Below are positions 27,201 to 39,807 of a DNA stretch of 64,000 nt, one piece after another. The notes beneath the pieces were generated by a model, which was given only the letters and a program-made list of their open reading frames with translations, did no database searches and was not told the origin of the DNA. The stretch comes from Vicugna vicugna (Eukaryota), in NCBI GenBank assembly GCA_013265495.1, contig MU057880.1, positions 1,084,527 to 1,148,526 on the forward strand, given 5' to 3'. Position 1 is the first letter of the stretch. The number at the start of each line of letters is the position of its first letter. The translations under genes were made by a program, and so were the position numbers.

Positions 27201-27689
27201 GGTGCACTTTTGACTGCAGAATTTACCTCTAAATTGCTTTAGTCTCAGAGAGGCTCTGCAGCCTTGCCTGTCCCTTCCACTGTCCCTTGAACTCTCCTGG
27301 CCCTGAACTATATGACCTTTCACATACTGGCTCCTACCTGCATCTCCATTTGCTCTCCAAATTCACAGTTCCTCTGCCATATTGTACTATTTACTGTCAC
27401 CCCGGCAAGTCTGTATTCTGGCACCACTTGAGGGAGTCCAGGCATGGTCTGGGCCTTCTCATCTGAGGCAAAAGGGAAAACAACACAAGGGCATAATAAA
27501 ATGATGAACGTGAAATGTGAAAAGAAGTTTTTCAATAAAGAAATACGAAAACCAAACATAGAAAACTGTAAGATACCTAGGTAATCAAGTGATGCTAATT
27601 ATAACAAAATATCCATTTCAGCTATCCAGTTGATTCAAAATCTTAAAACATCTTAGGATTGGTGGTGAGTGATTGTTTTAATGCTACCT

Positions 27690-28200
27690 GGGTTTGGTTT
27701 TCAGCAGGCACGGTGAGACGCAGACACAGAAGCGACTGTCAGGAAGGAAGAAGTTTCTCTTACACGCATAATCCCCTATGAACTGGGGGGGTAAGGCAAG
27801 ATGGGCAGACGGAGAGGGAGAGGAAATGGGTGGGTGGGAGCCTTTCTTGTGGCTTCTGTGGGAAGGACTGGACATGGTAGGCAAGCTGAGCAGGAATGGA
27901 TCATCTGAATGACTTCTGTGGACTCTGGACTGTTGAAGTGGCTCCAAGTGGTCCAGTAACTGGCCTTGGGGTGACTAGGGTGGGGCTTCATGTTCCCAGA
28001 CAGTGAGACCCTGATAAAATGAGGTGGATGAGGTTATGACTCAGTCGGTTAGTTTTCATATCAAAGGCATGCTGCCAGGTAAGCCCTTTACTCTCTCTAG
28101 GAATCAGCAGACCTGGAACTAGTGTCTCCTCCCATCAGCAAGGCCCCAGATGCCAGGACATCAAAAATACAGAGAAAAAGAAAATAGAGCCAATATGATG
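27690..28200 (-). mobile_element. ERV LTR (MER21/MER77-like)
   Basis: Resembles remembered MER21-group consensus (ggtaggcaagctgagcagg..catatcaaaggcatgct). Confidence 0.45.
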
Positions 28201-28314
28201 ATCACAGACAGTCTCAGATCCACACCGTGAAAAAATTTCTGTCTTGAATCTTCTCTGTAGAGAGAAACAACGAATTAGGGTTGCTCAGAGAGTCTTGCAA
28301 GAAAAGACGTTGGA

Positions 28315-29700
28315 AGACTTTCATTACTATAAAGCTACAGTAATCAAGGCAGAGTGGCACTGGCATAAGGACAGATAAACAGATTGATAGACTAGGTAGA
28401 GCATAATAGAAGGCCACAGACGGGCACACAGACACCAGTTGGGTTTTGAAATGTTGCCAACTCAATTTAATTCAATGGATAAAGAAAAATCTTTTCAACC
28501 CATGGGGCTGAAATAACTGGTAAATATCTGGGGAAAAAGTGAACCTTGACACTTGTCTCATACTGCCCCCAAAATTAACTTGAGAGAAACATAAACCCAG
28601 CTTAAAAACTAACATTATAGTTTCTAAAATTAAAAAAATCTATTTTTATCAAAATAAAAGCTTCTACAGTATTGTCATGATCTTGGGGTATGCAAAGATA
28701 TCTTAGAGAGGACAATAAATCCAATAGCTATAGTAGAAAGAAAATTAAGAAAATCACCTCACTGAAATTAATATATAAAGAACAAATAATAGTTTTGATA
28801 GTAAAAAACAGCCCAATAAAAAATGAACAAAGCTCTTGTACAGACACCCCTCTGAAGAGGCTAGTCAAATGGCTAATACGCAACGTGATCAGGCATCAGG
28901 GAAATGCAAATTAAGTCCACAGTGAATTACCACATCACTCCCACTGGAACGGCTAAAATTAAGAAGACTGGTAACCCCAAATATTAGTGATGAGATAAAA
29001 CAGTAGAAACTCTCGCTTTGGAAATCTGTTAGTGAGGTTTGAAACCTTAGGAGTTCCCCAGGTGAAATTCAAAACTGACCCCTGGGCTCAGAGGTCAGGG
29101 AGGGACTGAAGAAAGAGGCAGACCCCTGCAGACTGGTAGGTGGCAACTTTGATAAGCAAGGAACCTTACATATGAGGTAGTCTTGGATGCTGCAAAATGA
29201 GTAGATCTCCTCAGTCTTACAGTTCGTATAGAGACCTTAATGGGGTTCATTCATGTATTCAGTACAGGTGGTCTCAACAACACGCCACTGCATCCTTGAA
29301 ATGGCTCCTAGTTTGCAAACGGTGGGCACAAAGTACATTCCAAGGGGAGGGGAGGGGATCAGGAACCTCCCACTGCCTGAGTCCAGTTCACAGGTCAACT
29401 AGAGGTCACGTCTTCTCAATGACCTTCTCCAGCAGGTAGTTTTATATAAAATTAAACATGAATTTATTTTTTGACCTGGTAATTCTACTCCTAAGTATTT
29501 ACCCAAGAGAACTGAAAACACACATCCACAAAAAGAATGTTCAAAGCAGCATTATTCTTAACAGCCTAAAACTGGAAGCAACCCAAATGTTCATCAACCG
29601 GAAAACAGATACTTACATTGTGGTAGACTCATACAATGGGGTACGAATCAGCGACAAAAAGGAACAGGCTACTGATGTATGTAACCACATGAGGAAATCC
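28315..29700 (+). mobile_element. Old L1 (L1MD/ME-like) ORF2 remnants, interrupted by an LTR
   Basis: ttactataaagctacagtaatcaag..catcagggaaatgcaaattaa..aattctactcctaagtatttacccaagagaa. Confidence 0.8.
29032..29435 (-). mobile_element. Solo ERV LTR nested in old L1
   Basis: About 400 bp of non-L1 sequence splitting a contiguous L1 motif (ggaaatctgtt | agttttatataaaattaaacat). Confidence 0.6.
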
Positions 29701-30393
29701 CCAAAATCTGCTGTTCAGCAGAAGCCAAACAAAAAAGGGTGCCCACTGCTTGCAAGTGACCCATCAGTTCTGCCTATACTCTATTGGTCAAAGCAACGGT
29801 GTCTCCATCTATGGTCAACAGGGCAGGGGCTGGATAAACATCCCATAGGAGGACAACTGAAAAATCTGAAAAATAATACAATTTATCACACTTAGATGAT
29901 GGTATAGGAGCAATTTCTCTATTACAGAAATTATCCCTTTGTGTTTTGAATTGCTATTTTTGGGCCAGATGTTATCTTTTGACTAGGTTTTGGCAATGTA
30001 GACTAAAAATACAGTTTTTTTTGTTCTTCGTTCTATAATTAAGTGGAATCAATACTCAGTGCCAATCCTTTTGCAGTAATTTTTCCATTCATTCCTTGTT
30101 TGGCTAAAGTTTATCTTCCAGCAGTTTCTTAAACAAAGATTAATGCAAAGTTTATTCTCTGGATTTTAAAATATTTCAAAGTATTTTTCAGTTGCCTTTA
30201 TGCTTGAGTGACAGTTGGGCCGGGTATAAAATTCTTGGGTTGCACTTTCTTTCCTTGAGGGCTTTGTGGGTGTTATTCTAATGTCTTCCAGCAACGAATG
30301 TTTTTTTTAGAGAAGTCAGAGCTGGTAAGAATCTTTACTGTACAGGTTACTTGATCATTTTCCTTAGATACCTTTCTCTAATTCTGTTTTATT

Positions 30394-30500
30394 ACAGTTG
30401 TAAAATGCAGCTAACAATAGTGCCCACCTCAGTGTTATGAGGATTAAATGAGGTACTACATGCAAAACGTATATGTGAATGATTATTATCATAATTTATT
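30394..30500 (+). mobile_element. MIR fragment
   Basis: tgtaaaatg..aatagtgcccacctcagtgttatgaggattaaatgag. Confidence 0.75.
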
Positions 30501-32030
30501 AATATGGGTCCATTTTCTTGTGGAAATGTTCTTTTCAATATGTGATTTAATTGTTTTATTTTACACTTCCTTAATTTATATCTTTTTTTTTTCTTTTCTG
30601 GTCCTTTGACTTTCTTCTTGGGTAACATTATATATGCAAATATTGGATCTCCTTCACCTTTCTTCCTCAACCACTATTTCCTTGATAATGTTTTAAAATC
30701 TTCGTTTCTTTATTTTACTCAGTTTTGTAAAACTGTGCTCTTAAATGTTTCTGGTTTTTGTTGCACTGCTTCTACTTGGATTCTCCTTTTTGTGATGGAT
30801 CTTTTTCTTGTCCTCCTTTCTTGAGTCAGTCTAGTGTATTTTCCATCTTCTGTTGTTGTTTTGCATGACTTCTCTGAACTCTAGTACCTCTGGTTTGTGT
30901 TTTTGTTTTAGAACGGCACTTCCTTCATGATGTTTTTCATATGTTGCACATGATATTTGGCTGCAGTTTCCATTTGCTCCATGTCGTTATTTCTGTGGTA
31001 ATTAGTCTACACACCTTTTATTTATTCTCCTTGCTGCTTTCCTCCTTAAAAAATAGATCTTATGTAGCTTTCTTCTTTGTTATTTTTGGTTTTGAATGAG
31101 GTGAACTGTTCCTGGATAAGCTTTTTTTGCAGGAGAGTTTAAGAGAGGAGAGTGCTGTGATCTGGACTAACAAGAATTCTACTTAAGACATGGGGCTGTA
31201 TACATTCTTTTAGCTTTTCTTCCTCTCCAGTCAATTAAAAATGGCACTATAGTCTGTTTTTAATTTTCATCTTTGTCTCCCACTCAGATGGTTGCCAAAA
31301 TATAGCTTCTCCACATCTTTCCTAAATTATCTACAGTCGCTCAGATATTTTAGACCTGATGCCAAGCGGGATCCAGAAAGCCTTCCACGATTAGCCTACA
31401 CACCTCATTTATCTTATGAAATAGTTCCCAAAAATATCTCAGGACATGCCACTCACTGCAGAAAAGCATGTCCAGCTGGCATTTTTGAGCTTTTCAGCTG
31501 GACTGTCCTCTCTTCCTGTCTTCCGGTTCTTCTGTCTGACCTTCATGATTTTTTGTAAGCTTCCTTTTGCTTTCTGATTTTGAGGTTCAGATTTCTCTAG
31601 TCTAATCAAAAATAGATTTATATTTCTGTTTCTCCTATTGTTTCTGGAAGGTGCAATGCTGAATTTATTTCATTATGATTAAATTCCTCTAGGCTAATAT
31701 TTTTATATCTCCATCCATCAAGGTGCCTACTGGAACAAAATGTAAGACTCTTGGTCTGCCCAGGTTGGGCAGTAGTACATTTTTAAGTAGCAGATTTCAT
31801 TTTTTCTCATTATATGTCTGCACATATTCAAATCACTATCTATGTGTCTCTTTATTTAGGAAATAAACTGGGAGGGAAAATTCTAAAATATTGATTTTGA
31901 TGGTCTATGCAAGGAAGGAACCAATGAAGTCCAAAGTCTTGTAGGTTTACCAGATTCTAAGAAATTTCTAACTGTTTAGCAGGTTGCAAATGCCAAAGTG
32001 AGAAAGACATACATATGAAAGTCCTAGTGT

Positions 32031-32813
32031 TACACTGTTGGTGGGGATGTAGTTTGGTGCAGCCATTATGGAAAAAATAGCGGATATTCCTCAAAAGACT
32101 AAACATAGACTTGCCATATGATCCAGCAATCCCACTCCTGGGTATATATCCAGAGGGAATGCTAACTCTAAAAGATACATGCACCCCAGTGTTCATAGCA
32201 GCACTATTTACAATAGCCAAGACATGGAAGCAATCTATATGTCCATTGACAGATGATGGGATAAAGAAATTGTGGTATATTTATACAATGGAATACTGCT
32301 CAGCCATAAAAAAGAATAAAATAATGCTATTTTCAGCAACATGAATGGACCTGGAGATTATCATACTAAGTGAAGTAAGTCAGACAGAGAAAGACAAATG
32401 CCATATGGTATCACGTATATGTGGAATCTAAAAAAAAGGACACAATGAACTTTTTTACAAAACAAAAAGAGACTCACAGACATAGAAAACAAACTTATGG
32501 TTACCACTGGGGAAAGGAGGTGGGAAGGGATAAATTGGGAGTTCGAGACTTGCAGATACACACTACTATATATAAAATAGATAAACAACAAGGCCCTACT
32601 CTGTAGCACAGGGCACTATATTCAATATCTTGTAGTAAACTGTAATGAAAAAGAATATGAGAAGGAATATATGTATGCATATGTATGACTGAAACACCGT
32701 GCTGTACACCAGAAATTGACACAGCATTGTAAACTGACTATACTTCAGTAAAAATACATACATACATACATAAATACATACGTACACATACATATACATA
32801 CACAAATAAAAAC
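32031..32813 (+). mobile_element. L1 3' end with (TACA)n tail
   Basis: [17 protein letters not shown]2 motif; TSD aaagtcctagtgt (32018-32030) / aaaatccaagtgt (32814-32826). Confidence 0.92.
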
Positions 32814-33451
32814 AAAATCCAAGTGTGGAGCTGAGTCCAAGGATAGGCAAATCAGGGATGAATTAGTGGTTGGTGTGGGAGGAGAGATGAGGTCAAGAAG
32901 CCCTGTTTATCTTTAAACTTGCATTTCTGAGCCATGTGGGAACACTGTGTGTGGGTGTTTTGGTCTGACCTGAAGGTCATTGTGTCAGGAAGAAACAAGA
33001 ATGCCTTAGAGCACGTTCGTTCCTCCATGCCATATGCATCCTGTCAGCCTGGAAATTTCTTACTTATTCTTTAAGGTAGACTTTGAGGATGAGCAGTAGC
33101 TTTCCAGGCTCCTGCCGTCCCCCTACTCCACTTGGGTTTCTCCTTACCTCTCTTTTTGCTTCCCTTGGCTGTTTAAGCATGCCTCAGTTTTAGCCCTTAG
33201 AAGATGCATTTAAATTGTTACTTGTTTGTCTGTTTCCTCTTTGAGATTATGAATTCTTTGAAGGTGAGGATTTAATCTTACAATTTCCAGTTCCTAGCTT
33301 GCAGCTTGAGATACATTGGATTCTTCTGGAAACGTCATAACTTTTATGGAATCCTGTTTTTTTTTTTTTAATAGCATTAGATGTCTTGGCATGATGGATG
33401 CTTAGGAGTTTGATAATGGCTAGTTCAAAAGTCTTAAAATTTGTATATATA

Positions 33452-34075
33452 TATTTTTTATTGAAGTAGAGTCAGTTTACAATGTTGTGTCAGTTTCTGG
33501 TGTACAGCATAATGCGTCAGTCATAAATGAACACACGTATCTTTGTTTTCATATTTTCACCATAAGTTACTATAAGATATTGAATATAGTTCCCTGAGCT
33601 ATACAGTGTGAACTTGTTTATCTACTTTATATATATTAGGTGGTACCTGCAAATCTCTAACTCTCAATTTATCCCTTCGTACCTCCTTCCCCCTCCAGTA
33701 ACCATAAGTTTGTTTTCTATGTCTGTGAGTCTGTTTCTGTTTGTAAATAAGTTCATTTGTTTTTTCTTAAGATTCCACTTATAAGTGATATTAGTCTTTC
33801 TCTGTCTGATTTACTTCACTTAGAATAATGATCTCCAGGTTCATCTGTGTTGCTGCAAATGGCATTATTTCATTCTTTTTTAACAGCTGAGTAGTATTCC
33901 ATTGTATAAATACACCACAACTTCTTTATCCAGTCATCTGTTGATGGACATTTAGGCTGCTTCCATGTCCTGGATATTGTAAATAGTGCTGCTGTGAACA
34001 TTGGGGTGCATGTGTCTTTTTGAATGAAGGTTCCCTCTGGATATATGTCCAGGAGTGTGACTGCTGAATCATATT
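33452..34075 (-). mobile_element. L1 3' end
   Basis: Antisense copy of the same family as 32031-32813. Confidence 0.9.
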
Positions 34076-36104
34076 GTTTAAAATTGGTGTTGATATTTAA
34101 AATATGTCTACACTTAACAGTTTCTATGATTTAAATGCCTGCAAATGTTTAATATAATTACAAATATTTTAGTTGTAAAAACAGGATTCATTCATTGAAA
34201 ACCTCCTTGACCATTCTGTGGAAACAATTCTAATGTTCAGGAAAGTTATAGAGGATAACATCACAGTGTGCAAAGCTTTCATTGCTCACCCTTCATGAAT
34301 TTTCCAATTAATCTGAGGAATTTTGGTTCTACTCTACCTGACTAAAATCCACTTCCTCAGGCCATGCCTAGTTCAACAGACCCAATGCAGAGCAATTCTG
34401 AGAGTTACTTTCCAATGTTCTGATGATCAGTGATCTGAATATACTAGTATATTCAGCAAAGACGGTAAGGTGATTTGCTGTTACTATAATAAATAAAATT
34501 TATTGAATGCTTAGTATTGCCAAGTGCTGTGCTAAATAATTTACACAAATTATTGACTTTGCTTCCCCATTTGATTGGTGAGAGAACTAAACTTTGGGGA
34601 GGTTAAACAACATGTCTAACCCTGCACCACGAGCAAGTGACCATCAGTGTCTCCCCAGAGCCTGTATTTTCAGCCACTACGCTGTTCTGGCTCTGTGAGG
34701 ATAAATGAAAAATAGCTACTGAATTTGACTCAGACAGATAAAAAATATTGTCCTTTAATGCTTCTGGTTTTGCTGATGCAGACTCGAAGTCAGGTCTAGA
34801 GAGACTCAGAGGTTTCTTGGCAAATGATACAACTTGACAGAATTTTCCAATTACCACACAGAGCATCATGGAGCCAGTCTCAAACTCATCCGACTTGTGT
34901 GCTTGAAACCCCAATCCCTTGTGAAATGGCCGAGGATGTTTTAAAATTGGAAAAAGCTTCAGAAGTCTGGCCTTCCACGACCTCTTCTTCTGCCTCAATC
35001 AGAATGATGATGCGAGGCTGGGGAGAGCAGAAAGGTGGAGCCCATCTCATAGCAACAAGGTTCCGTTGCTGGGCACAGTTGTGTGTGTGTGTGTTTGTGA
35101 GTGTGTGTATGTATGTGCCAAATCTCTAATTCTAACAAAAAACACTCAAAGACATTTTGTTCACAACTGAAAAGCAAGGCACAAATTTAACAAGAACATT
35201 TTTATCTCTTTTGTTTTGTCGACACCAGTAAATAGAGACTTTCAGGATTAGAAGTGGCTCAGGTCTTTATGGGAAGGAATATTGGTTTACAGATTTATAT
35301 TTGTAAAACAAAGTTGAAAACTATTTCTAATGACCAAAGTGATTTTTTAATACCTGGAAACAAAATCTCCTAGGACACTCAAGCAGCCACCCCCAAGTTA
35401 ATTTGGACACATTGATATGGTCTTTTGGATTTTTATACATAAAATCTGAAATGTAATTTGTGGATATAAGGCCAAGGTGAGAAACTAATCTGACAAATAA
35501 AATGGATGGATTTTTGAAAAACATAGCATAACTTTTCATAAAAACAAGATAGACCGACCCGTGGGCTGTGGTGAGTGACCCTCTATATTGCTTCTCCTTC
35601 TTTCTACTCTATAAATGTGTGTCATGCCTAAACAGAAAAGAAAGGGAGAGAAAGTGGAGGGACGGAAGGAGCAGGGCATGGGCTAGTGTAGCCTGTGTTG
35701 CCTTCAGATCCACATAGCACCTCGGGTGTGCGGTGAGCAGCTGTGAGGAAGACAGGTGAGTTCTCATCTCCCAGCAGTCAGCTCCCCGGGGCAGAGAATG
35801 ACTAGCAACTCCACGGCTGGCAGCCAGGCGGGCACTTGATGGCAAAGAAAGACCACACAGTGAACGAGATAGTATAAAGCCTAGCATAAAATTAGGCCAG
35901 AATATATTTCCACACCTCAGCCTGTGGGATAAACTGGAGTATCCATTTATCGGAGGATTATTAAGCTCTGTCTCAGATCTGCTGTCGTAACTGAATTTTG
36001 CTCTGGAATCCACAGAATATTACTGGATTGTTTTTCCAAGCCAAGTACACCTACTGACTGTAAGTAATGTTCTTTCTGTACTCAGACCCTTGGGAGCTTG
36101 AATA

Positions 36105-36584
36105 GTCATTTGCCCAAAGAAGACGTATAAATGAACAAGTACAGGACAAGTTGATTAACATCACTAATCACCAGGGAAATGCAAATCAAAACCACAGTGA
36201 GGTGTCTCTCACACACATGTTGGGATGGCGATTATCAAAGACAAGAGATAACAGATGCTGGTGAGGATGGGAATAGGGAATCCTCGTGCACTGTTGGTGG
36301 GAATGTAAACAGGTGCAGCTACCGTGGAAAATAGTGTGGAAGTTCCTCAGGAAATTAAAAATGAAACTAGCAAATGATCAGCAATCCCACTTCTGGGTAT
36401 CTACCCAAAGGAGGTGAAGTCACTGTTTTGAAGAGGTATCTGTACTCCCACGTTCATTGCAGCGTTGTTCACAGTAGCCAAGATACGGAAACAACCTAAT
36501 TTGTATCCATTAATGGATGAATGGATCACGAGAATGTGATACATGCTATCTATCCGTCTCTCTCTATCTCTCTATCTCCCTATC

Positions 36585-36645
<61 letters not shown>

Positions 36646-37147
36646 CCTACCTACCTACCTATCTAAATTAAGCATTAAAAAAGAAGGGAATCCTGAAATT
36701 TGCAACAACATGAATGCATCTGGAGGGCATTAAGCTAAATGAAATATGCCAGGCAGAGAAAGACAAATACTGCATGGTATCACCTATATGTGAAAACTAA
36801 AACAAAGTCAAATCATAGAAACAGAGTAGAAAAGTGGTTGCCAGGTGCTGGAGTGTTGGGGAAATAGAAAGAGGTCGGTACCAGGGTACAAACGTTCAGT
36901 TACAAGATGAATAAAGCCTGAGGATCTGGTGTATAGCATGGTGACTATAGTTGATACCACTGTATTGTAAAACTGAAATTTGCTAAGAGAGTAAATCTCA
37001 AATGTTCTCACCAAAAAAAGGGTGAACAGGTGAGGTGATGAGTGTGTCAATCCTCTCACAACGTATATATATATCAAACATCATGCTGTACACCTTAAAT
37101 ATCTCACAATTGTATTTGTCAATTATCTTTCAATGAAGCTGAAAAAA
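36105..37147 (+). mobile_element. L1 3' end with (TCTA)n microsatellite at ~36545-36665
   Basis: catcactaatcaccagggaaatgcaaatcaaaaccacagtgag..tcaatgaagctgaaaaaa. Confidence 0.9.
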
Positions 37148-37299
37148 TACCCAATAGGAAAATTTGTAAAATGGAAAAAAATTATAAAACAAAAAAGCCC
37201 TTAGCAGTTACTGTAGGACTGTAGTAAGAATACATGAAAAATTGAGTCATTCGGTCAGCTGCTATTTACTGGACTGCTATCAAGGGGTGCTTTGATACA

Positions 37300-37760
37300 G
37301 GTAGGGTTTCGCACTTGAAGCCACGTATGACGTCTGAGAGAGGCAGCTTAGCGAAGTGACTGAGTTTCGGTTCCGAGCTTGCCTCCGGCTCTCACTGGTG
37401 GTCCATCTCAGGCAAGTTTCTCCGCCTTTCCATCCGGCGGCTTCCTCGTCTGCAAGGCGGGGATGATAACCGCTGTTCTGCTACAACGCGTGTTGGTGTG
37501 ACACAGACGGACTGGAGTGTGACCGGCCAGGGAGGGGACACAGCGGGGAAGACGCAGTCCTTCGCGCTGGTGCAGGTGCGCCCTAATCCTAACCCTCACC
37601 CTCACCCTCAGCAGCAGCGGCGGCGGAGCTCGGAGCGCAGGGCACCCCCGGGGCGCAGGGCTGAGACTGGCGCAGCCCTGCCCCGTCTTCCTGGGGCGCT
37701 GCAAGTCCAGACAACTGCACGTTTGTTTTCTCTAGCGTTTCTGCAGCATTTCTTCTACAT
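37300..37760. promoter_or_regulatory. CpG-rich patch containing a GC-shifted MIR (~37340-37500)
   Basis: High CpG density; CRE-like TGACGTC at 37328-37334; MIR core recognisable. Confidence 0.45.
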
Positions 37761-39399
37761 TATTGACACAAACTATCATTTCTTTAATTATTAGGTATTT
37801 CTCACATTCTTTAAACATGCTATTTTAAATTAATTTTATGAGTGCTGTGCTTAGAAAATTGAGTACTCTTTGAATGGTCTCCTTTGAACCCTATGTCCAC
37901 CACACACCCTGCTAGTTTTACCGCAAAATTTTGCAGAATGTGATGTTTTTCAGGAACGTGTGTAGTGCCTCTTAGTATTTACTTAGTAATTCAGAGTGTA
38001 GATCTCATAGAATGTTTTTTGCGGATCGAATGGGTTAATACAGGTATAATGTCTGATGCCCCGACGCCTTACTGTGTTCTCAGCGTTATTCTGGACACTT
38101 AACCTGCAAATGTTAGATAAAGCTGGTTCTCCATAGTAAATACTTTTCATCAAAGGCAACATTGAACTAATTTACATGCTCATGGTGACTGAGTCAGAAG
38201 CACAGGTTATGCCACCACGTAACTTAGCGGCGAGGAGGGACACACCAAAGACATTGAATATTTGTATACGCATTATGATAATTTCCTGGTGGACGGCAGT
38301 GCAGTGCCTTGTTTTAGCAAAATCATACCTTCGGATGGTAGTAAACTGTCTTGAAGAAGAGGGGCCCTGTCTGAGTAAAGCAGAGGGGCCCCAGCAAAGA
38401 ACCTGCCATGAAGTCTTCTTCGCTCATATAAGCCTCCATTGATGGTCAGATCTCAAAATACAGGAGTATAACATGTATTTACATTTATTTAAAAATTGTG
38501 GGTAGTTACCTCATGCATAATCATGGCCTTTCAGTAGAGGCAAGCTATGACATTGAGACAAAGGGAGCCCCAGCGCTTTTCAGTTTGCCTAAGTAATTTC
38601 CTTCTGACCAGGATTAACCCAGACTCATTGTCTGCATGAAGCCTTTTCTTTTTCGTCCTGAAGAAAATGAATTGTCCTTTCTTCTTGACTCCTATGGTTC
38701 TTTGCTTTGATCTCATTTAGAGCACTTAATTCATCTCGCCAGCATGAAACAAAATGATTCATATACCAGCCCCTGTCTTTGGAATATAGGTTTCATGAAG
38801 AAAGCATTGCGTCATATATTCCATTGAATGTATGCGTTCATTTATGCATCTGTGCACCCATTCAACAAACATTTATTAAACTCCCTTTATTTGATTTTAT
38901 TTCATTTATTCAGTGTTCTCATGGAGGTTCCAATCTCTGGGGCAGAGAGAGAAGGAAGTCTCTGATTTAGGACTCAGTGGAGTAAGTGCAGTGGAGAGGA
39001 GGTTCAGGGCACTGTGGGGGCACACAGGGGTCCTCTAACTCAGATGTGCATTCACGTTCATGAACTGTCACTAACTCTTGAGGCTCAAGGAAAACCCAAG
39101 CTATCCGGCCCTTAGGGCAGTACAAAGAGGGCGTATTATGATGCCGTCTTTGAATTTATCCAGAAATTATCCCGGGCTCTTTCTAGTACGGCTACTTCTC
39201 CAGAATGTTCTGAGGAAATACTGAGATTCAGAGACAGCTCTTCCTTCCTGACCAGGGAGGATGGGAGACGGTGGACTGGTAAGGGGGTTGTTGGCCATCA
39301 CTGAAGAGAATCGTGTGTTCACACACTTGTGACAGACATGAGATTTTACAGGAGCCATAATTCCCTGCTATTTCGTTTAGGGAAAATGTGCGTCACTAA

Positions 39400-39807
39400 A
39401 AAATAGTTTAGTCTTTTCAGACTCCTTTGCAACTCTGGATAGCAAAGTGTTATAATTTGGCCAAGTTAAAATAAACAGCAGTCTGCTAGAGATTTCTAGA
39501 AGATCTGTTGCTTTTCAGATACTGCGCATTTCCTCCCCTCACCCCTGCCCCCATTTTCTTCTTGCCTGGAACATAGGTGTGAGGCTGGAGGTGGAGCAGC
39601 CACATTATGAACATGAGGAGAGGATGAAAACCACATGCAAAGGCCTGCAAAGTAGAAAGATGAGGAGAACTGGGTCTGTGATGGCATTAATGCATAGATG
39701 TATCAGTCTCCAAATTTCATGTGATGGGAAACAAATAGACCCCCATGTGTTTAAGCCTCTTGTACTCAGGCTTCTTGCTGCTTGCAGTTTAACACATTTC
39801 TAATGAC
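39400..39807 (+). mobile_element. MLT1J/K-like MaLR LTR
   Basis: gcctggaacataggtgtgaggctggaggtggagcagccacatt..tgtgtttaagcc..ttgcagtttaacacatttctaatga. Confidence 0.6.

Noticed and set aside
34421..34438. TGATGA...CTGA resembling snoRNA C/D boxes
   Set aside because: Boxes are only ~8 nt apart with no guide region; not a plausible snoRNA
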